DNA of 26,343 nt from Perkinsela sp. CCAP 1560/9. Its lineage: Eukaryota; Protista; Euglenozoa: Kinetoplastea. Below are positions 18,915-26,343 of the stretch, piece by piece. The DNA lies in NCBI GenBank assembly GCA_965644495.1, contig CBFFSA010000074.1, positions 1 to 26,343 of the forward strand, read 5' to 3'. Within the stretch, counting starts at the first letter, position 1, and each line of letters begins with the position of its first letter. A program made the position numbers and the translations under genes. The notes under the pieces are model-generated. The model was not told the DNA's origin. It saw only the letters and a program-made list of their open reading frames with translations, and ran no database searches.

Positions 18915-20507
18915 CTAAAAAATTCTGCTTATTGGGTCCGCTGGATTTAGTTTCGTAGAAATATAATGAGCTTGAATACATATTCCTTTATTCTTTAAAC
19001 TCTGTAAAATGCTTTTCAATTCTTTCGCTATGCCATCAGACTTGCATATTTTCCGATTCAACGCTGCTCGACAAGACGTATTATCAATCCAAAGCTGAAC
19101 GCAAGTCCCTTGCTCGAAATATTTTTGGAATTCTTCGAGGGCGAATCGCACCGCCGCCGCTTCTGATTTGTTAACTTCGTAGGTCCATTCTGCTGGCCAA
19201 GGTGCGCCCAAAATCTTAACCTCTCCGCTATCCATGTACAGAATTGCTCCCCATCCTTTTGAGGAGGCGTCTGTAAAGAGTTTATGACGCGGAGGTGCAG
19301 TGGCGGGGTGAGGGGGTGCTCTTATCGGCACGTTTTTAATCAAGTCGTCACGCCATTGAGCTAAGATCACACGAGTTTTCATGGGAAGATCCACGATTTT
19401 GTCCTTTGCAAAAGGATGTCGGTTCAAGTAATTAATACGTCGTTGTACTATTTTTATCGCAAAGTGATATTGCGGGATTACCACACCAAGTATCGAAGAG
19501 CAGTACAGTAGACGCCCCACCGCCGCCTCCAGCTCTAAGAAAGTGAGTCTCGAAAAAGTATCCCGTTTCAATTTGCTCACAACCTTCGGTCCCAAGCAGA
19601 CCCGGCTTGATGCGTGATCAAATTTCACTCCGTTGAACACGTATTGTTTCGTCGGAGGAACGTCCTGATCTTTAAATCGAGCTCCTGCCACTCGCGCACG
19701 CGAGTCAATAAAATAAACATACTCGTCTGCATGTTTTCTAGATCCGGAAAAACGAACTCCATCTATATAGATATCAGTAGAACCGTGTTGATACGAGTGG
19801 GATTTTGAGCAATAATCTTTATTTCCTGCCAACGCTGCTGTCATGCAATGCATAATTTCAGGCGCACATCTGTGGCCCATGGGTAAAACATTCATTTCGT
19901 ATAATTGCCCATCTTCTGCACGAAACCGAAACTTTGCTCGGGATCGTAAGGGTAAGCCAACCTGGTAAAAACCACACATTAGATCACGTTTTACCCCCAC
20001 CTCAGCATTTACTGCGTATAAATAACGAGAAGGGTGTAGGAGAGGAACAGCTGGTTCGTAGTCCTTTAGGCGTAAATTGTCTGATCGTGTCCATGAAATA
20101 AAACGTCTTCTGTCTTTGCCCGCGTCGTCTTTTTCAAGGACAGTGAACGGAACCATATATTGCATGGTCGGGCGTCGTTTGGCTTCTTCGGTAGATACCT
20201 TCGATATGACTTTAGACCGAATCAATGCTGGAATGTCTCCTGGAGCCAATGCCGGTTTAATGCAAGGAGCGGACTCAGCTTTCTCGGGCAACTTGGTGAG
20301 TTCATCAAGAACGTACGTTAGCCTATCATTCTGTTGTTCCGTTAGCCACTTCCGTAATTTTTGAACATTCAACGTCGGAATATTATCCTTTGCATGCAAG
20401 GGGATATGGTAGTCGTCGGTTTTAGCTAATTTGGAACTGCGCCTTGGACATAAAATTGAATACGATTTAAGGAAAGGAACCTGTTCGTAAAACTCCTGAA
20501 CCATCAC
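18915..20507 (-). CDS. Reverse transcriptase / RNase H of YR-2
   Basis: RT motifs PFTVLEK...RRRFISW, DLMCGFYQV, VLPMGHRCAP, YIDG, FNGVKFD. RNase H motifs LFTDASSKGWG, EAAAV, IDNTS, NPADPISR. Confidence 0.9.
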   Translation of the reverse strand: MMVQEFYEQVPFLKSYSILCPRRSSKLAKTDDYHIPLHAKDNIPTLNVQKLRKWLTEQQNDRLTYVLDELTKLPEKAESAPCIKPALAPGDIPALIRSKVISKVSTEEAKRRPTMQYMVPFTVLEKDDAGKDRRRFISWTRSDNLRLKDYEPAVPLLHPSRYLYAVNAEVGVKRDLMCGFYQVGLPLRSRAKFRFRAEDGQLYEMNVLPMGHRCAPEIMHCMTAALAGNKDYCSKSHSYQHGSTDIYIDGVRFSGSRKHADEYVYFIDSRARVAGARFKDQDVPPTKQYVFNGVKFDHASSRVCLGPKVVSKLKRDTFSRLTFLELEAAVGRLLYCSSILGVVIPQYHFAIKIVQRRINYLNRHPFAKDKIVDLPMKTRVILAQWRDDLIKNVPIRAPPHPATAPPRHKLFTDASSKGWGAILYMDSGEVKILGAPWPAEWTYEVNKSEAAAVRFALEEFQKYFEQGTCVQLWIDNTSCRAALNRKICKSDGIAKELKSILQSLKNKGICIQAHYISTKLNPADPISRIF

Positions 20508-21679
20508 ATTATCGATGCACCGGGGAGAAGTACTGACACCTTCTGAGTCCCTAACGCTCTTGCCGTAGTTATTTGGTTGGCGTTGTACCGCAGTAGACTT
20601 TCTACGTTCAAGTGCTTTGAGAGATTCATTACTTCCGATAAGTTGAGGTGGCCTTCTACTATTTCCTGAAATAGAAAGGTGATGGCTCCTCTCTTGATTG
20701 AGTGCGTGCCATATCCGTCGCCTAGGACGTCTCGAATATGGAGATCCATCTCCTGAACTGTCGCGGTGCTCATTCGTTGCCCTGGTCGCAGGCTGCTTAC
20801 ATACTGAGCTATTTGGTTTGTGCCCGGACCCGTGATGATCGCGTACATGTACGGTCGGTACGGATTTAGACGAGTGGTCTTCGTGAAACGTCCCCAGTAG
20901 ATTATTATTTCATTCGAATTTACACTCAGAAATTGCTCCCTTCTTAGCTCGGCCGTTTCGGTCCAGCGTGACGCGGCTTTCCAGCATAGCAGGACCGTCA
21001 TTGCTTGTGTTATCGACAGGCGTGTGCACAATTTTTGCAACATGGGAGGTGTTATCGGTTGCATTTGACGTTGTGGTTCCGTGCCCCCCTGGGCCTGAAT
21101 CGCTTTTGTGAACAACTTCAACGGATTGCATTCCATCCCCATCAACGTGAAAACCGTGTGAAGAGCGCGAGCATAATTGAGGCGAGTTGACGGCGCGACG
21201 CGTAGAGTCTGGAGATACAAAATGGCGGTTGCTGAATTCATCTCTCGGTGCTTCACGCGACAAAATTCGTTTACGTTTTTCCATAGGCGTGTTCTGTTGT
21301 TCCAAGTCGACTTTGCCCACATCGGCTGAATCGCTTCGGTCAGCTGGACGGAGTCCGGATCGTCCGGATTTATCCTCAGAATTGCCTGAGTAATGTTTTG
21401 AACTTGGTCGTGGGATACATCGCGACTGTGTTCTCGTTTTAGTCCTCTGACTGTTTGCGAATCTGTGCGGTGCGCGACACGTGTTTGAGGTAAGACCCTT
21501 AGTGGAATCAGTCGTGTGCAAGGATGCATTTTGGTCTGTATTGGGATACGAGTAGTTTTGGGCACACTCCGGGCACTGATTTTGGGAAATTTGGGAGAGC
21601 ACCTCACGAACGAGTTTTGCAAACTTTTCCACGATCTCTTCAATCCAATGACACGAGTAGTTTTTGGGGTGGGGAACAA
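20504..21679 (-). CDS. Tyrosine recombinase of YR-2
   Basis: WKAASRW (R), TKT (K), THSIKRGA (H..R), LSKH (H), LLRYN (Y). Confidence 0.88.
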   Translation of the reverse strand: MFPTPKTTRVIGLKRSWKSLQNSFVRCSPKFPKISARSVPKTTRIPIQTKMHPCTRLIPLRVLPQTRVAHRTDSQTVRGLKREHSRDVSHDQVQNITQAILRINPDDPDSVQLTEAIQPMWAKSTWNNRTRLWKNVNEFCRVKHREMNSATAILYLQTLRVAPSTRLNYARALHTVFTLMGMECNPLKLFTKAIQAQGGTEPQRQMQPITPPMLQKLCTRLSITQAMTVLLCWKAASRWTETAELRREQFLSVNSNEIIIYWGRFTKTTRLNPYRPYMYAIITGPGTNQIAQYVSSLRPGQRMSTATVQEMDLHIRDVLGDGYGTHSIKRGAITFLFQEIVEGHLNLSEVMNLSKHLNVESLLRYNANQITTARALGTQKVSVLLPGASIM

Positions 21680-21682
21680 TCC

Positions 21683-22645
21683 CTAGTGGATTGTCCGTCT
21701 TTCGCTGCGCACCATTTGGTGGGAACGCGCAGCGCCACTCGCCACCCCCCTCTGAAAAATCTGAGTCAAAAGAGGACAGTTAGCACGTATATGACCTGGT
21801 TTACGACAATTATAGCAAACAGGGTTGGCACGGCGAGAAATACGAGTTTGCTTGAGCTGTTCCTCAAGCATCATTTTCCCAAATACGTCATTGGGGTCTT
21901 CCACTTGATGGAGGCGTTGTTGAACACGATCGACTGGCGCTCCAGCAGCTGCCCAATAGTGCGTGCGTAACTCCTCGATCAGCATGGTAGCGATAGCAAC
22001 GAAATCTTCTGTCCAGGTGCCTAGCTCGCGCGCCGCATAAATCCATTTGGTGAGGATAGTAAACAAGCGCTCTCGGATTGGGGGAGGGTTGAAGCGAACA
22101 CCTAATTGAGGAGCATCGCGCAATTCTCTGATCAATTCACGGGGCTTGAAGTCATCTTCAGAGTATATATACGATTTCCATGTCAAGGGGAAGATTACTG
22201 AAAATGCCTTGGGGTTTTCTACGCCCACTTCAGATTGGATAGGATCACTCACCCGTTGTCCACCCGGCATACGTGCTTGAACCTTGACGAAACTGAGATC
22301 GTAATAGCTTATATCCGGGAAAGGAAACGAATATTCAATGTCAGGGTCATCGTCCCATCGCGCTTTAATCTCACTGTTCGGATCTTTTGGATTCTTAAAG
22401 TAGACACGACCTGTAACCGTGTATCGATCCTGGTCCCCTCGCTCCGACCACACTGCTTGAACGAAGACGCGATAACCTCGTGAGAGTAGTAAATTGGTTT
22501 TATCTGCAAATTCTCGCAAAGCTTCTTCGGACAACGGAACGGCATGGCCACCGCCTTGCAGAATCGCCTCAACCTGGCCAGGGTTGAGTGTCTGCTGGTG
22601 ATCACTCGGCGCGGCCGGATCAGGACTGATCGCTCTGGCCGTCAT
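21683..22645 (-). CDS. Gag-like protein of YR-2 with CCHC zinc knuckle
   Basis: CYNCRKPGHIRANC (C-x2-C-x4-H-x4-C); first ORF of the element. Confidence 0.85.
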   Translation of the reverse strand: MTARAISPDPAAPSDHQQTLNPGQVEAILQGGGHAVPLSEEALREFADKTNLLLSRGYRVFVQAVWSERGDQDRYTVTGRVYFKNPKDPNSEIKARWDDDPDIEYSFPFPDISYYDLSFVKVQARMPGGQRVSDPIQSEVGVENPKAFSVIFPLTWKSYIYSEDDFKPRELIRELRDAPQLGVRFNPPPIRERLFTILTKWIYAARELGTWTEDFVAIATMLIEELRTHYWAAAGAPVDRVQQRLHQVEDPNDVFGKMMLEEQLKQTRISRRANPVCYNCRKPGHIRANCPLLTQIFQRGVASGAARSHQMVRSERRTIH

Positions 22646-22847
22646 CGCACACTAATAAAAATAACTTGTAAGAGAATGTAAGCTATAAAACTATACACAA
22701 TCTACATAAAGTTATAATTTAAATCATATTAAAAGATATAATAGAATTCATAATCAGAGATTATGTGCCTCGTAGGGCCATTCGAGAAAAATGAGTCTTT
22801 TCAAATTCGTATTTGTTCTCGTCTAAATTTCCTCTCGTAAACTATCA
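22643..22847 (-). repeat. Leader/terminal repeat A, copy 3 (5'UTR of YR-2, includes the gag ATG)
   Basis: 1-2 mismatches to 1616-1820 and 18163-18367. Confidence 0.92.
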
Positions 22848-23422
22848 GCATCATCCCAGCGAAAACTCGCTATCCGAAATAAAAGCGTTCGATTTTTTAC
22901 ACTGACTCGCGTAGCGCAAATATGGCGAATGAAATCCTCAGGACTGGACCGAGCAGAAGAGGGTTTTACAGGCTCAAGGTCAGGCGAAAAAGAGGTTATA
23001 CACTTTGTTTTCATGAATGCTAAATGCAAATGGAGGTAGTCTTGCACTAATACAGTCGGCAAAGGTCTGATCCTGTGTATCTGACTCCTTCGTCTCTCCT
23101 CTCATGCTCGGCGCTGGAGTCTCAATGCTTTTGACAACGGAGGATGTAGCCAAGTCCGACGAAGTGGGCGATGGGGCGCTGAATTGCTTTTCTTGAGCTT
23201 CGATCTCCGAGAGCCTTCGTTCGCGCTCCAATCTTTCTTCCGCAGTTGGGAAACCGTGCAGTGTCAGAAGACCTTTCCACACGGTTTTTCCGACGACGCC
23301 AGCAACTTTCCCGAGTGTTTCCAGACGAGAGGGTTCCAGAGTTGTTTGTTCTTTAGCAAAGGAAACCTTTACTCATCTCTACCTCACATTGGGGAACCTT
23401 GCTTCCGAAAAAACAAGTATTC

Positions 23423-23700
23423 TTTTTTTTGCAGTTAATAAGGGGGGAGAAGTATGAATCGCGGCATTGCCTCTATATTTTGACCCAGTAGACGAACCAA
23501 GTAGGTCCATTGGGGGGGAATACGAGTTGAAAACAAGTAAATTTTTTTTTTTTTTATATGATTTTAAAACAAGCAATCAAATTAGCAATTTCATATTTTG
23601 GAGCCCAAAACTAGCAATTCGATCTCCCGTAAGTATAAGAACATTAAAAACAATAACAATAAAAACACTCTTTTTTTAAATACTCTTTACAATAAAAACA
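23423..23700 (-). repeat. Family-S 3' end, truncated copy with short poly(A)
   Basis: Shares ATGAATCGCGGCATTGCCTCTATA...CCCAGTAGACGAACC...GGTCCATTGGGG with 1841-1945 and 23748-23850. Confidence 0.8.
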
Positions 23701-23703
23701 TTC

Positions 23704-24270
23704 TTTTTTTTTTTTTTTTTTTTTGCAATTAATAAGGGGGGAGAAGTATGAATCGCGGCATTGCCTCTATATTTTGACCCAGTAGACGAACCAAGTAGGT
23801 CCATTGGGGGGGGTATACGAGTTAAAAACAAGCAATCAAATTAGCAATTCTTTTTGTTTCCACAGATGTACCTTTTGTTTTTTCTCAGCCCAAAACTAGC
23901 AATTTAATCTCCCCTAAGTATATACTACAAACAAGAAACAGTAAAAACTAAAACAAGCAATACAGACCCAATCCATTCGCGCGTTCCGGACCGGGTCTTT
24001 CGACCACTCCACGGCCTGACTTGTGAACCCTTCCCTTGCTATATGGGAGGGCGCAGGCGCGGGCCTGTGTCGACAGCGACACGGTCGCGAAACAGGATGC
24101 TGGCCGACGGGGAGGAGATTCACTACCCGTGTACTACCTCACTTGGGGTACCTAGCCCTCGCGGGCTAGGCGTGAGCATAGACTCTGTCGACGCGACCAG
24201 CACCCGTGGCCTATGTCACCACCATAGGATCCGTTGGGTCCTACGTCCTCGGACCCAGGACTGTACAGTA
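23704..24270 (-). mobile_element. Family-S structured-RNA retroposon, divergent copy
   Basis: T21 tail, conserved 3' block, and a core at 23973-24206 matching 2125-2358 with scattered substitutions. Confidence 0.6.
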
Positions 24271-24271
24271 C

Positions 24272-24348
24272 AACGCACATAAAGTTCAGCCATCACTTAT
24301 GATTAAGAAAAACTTCTAGAAAAACGTTTAGCAGAAGATAAACTCTAT
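24272..24348. repeat. 77-bp repeat identical to the window end (26267-26343): 5'UTR and first codons of the Cys-rich ORF
   Basis: AACGCACATAAAGTTCAGCCATCAC...GATAAACTCTAT occurs at both sites. Confidence 0.92.
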
Positions 24349-24360
24349 TCCTATATTAAA

Positions 24361-24561
24361 CCCAGATTGAAAGGGGCGAGGGAGATACGAAGCAACAGGC
24401 GTGGCAGATTCCCACTGAAAAGAAATGTTATCTCCCGCACGAAGTTTGTCTCCGAGCTAGAAAGCGCAAAGGCTTTTCTCGTGCGGGGAGATACCATTTC
24501 TTTTCAGTGGGAATCTGCCACGCCTGTTGCTTCGTATCTCCCTCGCCCCTTTCAATCTGGG
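24361..24561. mobile_element. MITE-like foldback element, 201 bp, ~82-bp terminal inverted repeats
   Basis: First 67 bp (CCCAGATTGAAAGGGGCG...AGAAATG) are perfectly inverted at the other end. TTAAA on both flanks (24356-24360, 24562-24566). Confidence 0.85.
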
Positions 24562-24679
24562 TTAAAAGATATAATAGAATTCATAATCAGAGATTATGTG
24601 CCTCGAGGGCCATTAGAGAAAAAGAAGTCTTTTCAAATTCGTATTTGTTCTCGTCTAAATTTCCTCTCGTAAACTATCA
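24562..24679 (-). repeat. Leader repeat A, partial diverged copy 4
   Basis: Matches 1702-1820 with a few differences and ends at the same AAACTATCA boundary. Confidence 0.9.
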
Positions 24680-24949
24680 TGGTTAAAAAATTCTCGATTC
24701 TGATATGGACGAGCATAAAAACTCGCTTTGTCCAACGAATCGTGCAGATTTGAGACGAGAGATCGCTTCTGGGGTCGAAAAATTAGAAGAGGCGCAATAC
24801 GATGTATTTTTGAGGACTTTAAAGAGTGTTTCAACCCGTGTGAAAATTGTGCTGGAGAAAAAAGGTGGAAATTGTGGATACTAACTTTTTTCTTACCAGA
24901 AAAAAAACTTGCAGTTGCCCTTTTTACGGTATTCAGGAGAATGCCAAAA

Positions 24950-25471
24950 ATCCAAAAAATCCAAATCATTCCGGATTGATCCGGATGGTCACTGGCAAGC
25001 CAGACCCTTCACAGACAGATTTGGAAGTTCCGAGGCCGACGTCCTCTACCAGTTTCAGCTTTTCCAAGGCGGCACCAACGTGCTGTTGCCAACACGCTGC
25101 GTCGACGAACTGTGCGTCAACACGGCTTAACCAAGAGGTGTAAGCCTGGTAAGGGAGCTGGTTCCCTGTGGGGAGGGTCCGGGACGGTCCTCCGAGTACT
25201 GGGCCTAGTCCAATCCAAAATCCAAATCATTCCGGATTGCTCCGGATGGTCACTGGCAAGCCAGACCCTTCACAGACAGATTTGGAAGTTCCGAGGCCGA
25301 CGTCCTCTACCAGTTTCAGCTTTTCCAAGGCGGCACCAACGTGCTGTTACCAACACGCTGCGTCGACGAACTGTGCGTCAACATGGCTCACCCAAGAGGT
25401 GTGAGCCGGGTAAGGGAGCTGGTTCCCTGAGGGGAGGGTCCGGGACGGTCCTCCGAGTACTGGGCCTAGTC
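24950..25471. repeat. Tandem duplication of a 261-bp GC-rich, hairpin-rich unit (24950-25210, 25211-25471)
   Basis: CCAAATCATT at 24961 and 25222; GGGCCTAGTC at 25201 and 25462; few substitutions. Confidence 0.93.
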
Positions 25472-25576
25472 GGTTATCAGCCCAGCCTCTTAGAGTGAGG
25501 CCTCCGGGAATACTGCGATGAACGGGTTTGAACTCGCCGTCTGAGCACCATGTGCTTCAAACTTTGAGTTCTTGCC

Positions 25577-25626
25577 ACTCCGCCACCTCCCCCTACTCCG
25601 CCACCTCCCCCTACTCCGCCACCTCC
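25577..25626. repeat. 18-bp minisatellite ACTCCGCCACCTCCCCCT x2.8
   Basis: Read directly from the sequence. Confidence 0.9.
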
Positions 25627-25697
25627 ACCTTTTTAGCCAAATACAAACGATCACGACGGATTGTATATCCTTCAAGCAGGTCTCTTCTTCCTTCGTC

Positions 25698-26288
25698 TTA
25701 CTTCCTTCCTTCAAGCAGGTCTCCAATCTGATCATGGATCATAGCAATTCGCTCTTCCCTTTGCTCCTTAACACTCTTGGCAGCAGTTCCCTTGTAGGTT
25801 GTCCAAATGCGGCGCATCGTCTTTGATAGAACGGGGGCGTCTGCAGAGGGAAGCTCACGACGGAAATATTCGGCTACGGAAGTTGCCGCACGGCTATACA
25901 CTTTCGACTTTCCTACAGTAAAGCTTCGCTGTATAATGCAAAGTACTTGGGACACAAGTGCGAATGTCAACTTCCGTTGGCATACTGTCCACCCTTCGTA
26001 GACACAGCATGCTTCCTGGACTCTCTTTTGGTCCAACCCACGCTTGGCACACTTTGCCACAACTTCAGGACCCAAGGTTTGATGATCTTGCGGCTTATTG
26101 CAAGAGTGGCAAATGTTGCAGCCAACAGGCACGCAAAACTCGGAGCAGTGGCCGCACATTTCAAGTGAGGTGCATTCCTCATTAGTGTGCTCGTTGCCGC
26201 AATCAAGGCAAGAGGAAGGAGTCCGAGCACGGAACTGAGTAACCTTATCGCAGTTAAAACAGTGCAAACGCACATAAAGTTCAGCCAT
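25698..26288 (-). CDS. Hypothetical Cys-rich protein with four CxxC pairs (possible double zinc ribbon)
   Basis: CFNC, CLDC, CGHC and CHSC in the first 65 aa, followed by a helical-looking region. Family not recognised. Confidence 0.55.
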   Translation of the reverse strand: MAELYVRLHCFNCDKVTQFRARTPSSCLDCGNEHTNEECTSLEMCGHCSEFCVPVGCNICHSCNKPQDHQTLGPEVVAKCAKRGLDQKRVQEACCVYEGWTVCQRKLTFALVSQVLCIIQRSFTVGKSKVYSRAATSVAEYFRRELPSADAPVLSKTMRRIWTTYKGTAAKSVKEQREERIAMIHDQIGDLLEGRK

Positions 26289-26343
26289 CACTTATGATTA
26301 AGAAAAACTTCTAGAAAAACGTTTAGCAGAAGATAAACTCTAT

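Larger units (their letters stand above)
18915..22847 (-). mobile_element. VIPER/TATE-like tyrosine-recombinase retrotransposon YR-2
   Basis: Leader A (22643-22847), then gag with CCHC, YR and RT/RNase H. A second A copy lies downstream at 18163-18367. Confidence 0.88.

Noticed and set aside
22980-23380. Possible minus-strand coding fragment
   Set aside because: No upstream ATG before a stop and no recognisable motif; left unannotated.

Overview
Eukaryotic retroelement cluster with no recognisable housekeeping gene. A spliced-leader-like remnant and the element types suggest a euglenozoan (kinetoplastid- or diplonemid-like) host. The window holds four divergent CRE/SLACS/CZAR-like non-LTR retrotransposons (RT plus restriction-like endonuclease, RLE), all truncated, interrupted or chimeric, and one short inverted RLE fragment. 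It also holds two VIPER/TATE-like tyrosine-recombinase (YR) retrotransposons in gag-YR-RT/RNase H order, one nested inside a CRE element. Other contents are a polyadenylated, structured non-coding SINE-like family, a shared 205-bp leader repeat, a 201-bp MITE, a 261-bp structured tandem duplication and a Cys-rich orphan ORF. Main observations, all from manual reading: (1) both YR elements put gag and YR in the same frame separated by one stop codon, while the RT frame (-1) is open from inside gag across the whole YR gene, suggesting dual recoding; (2) a Tudor/SH3-like motif appears shared between YR Gag proteins and CRE N-termini; (3) non-coding repeats show structure-preserving substitutions. 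Alignments were done by eye and boundaries may be off by a few bases.
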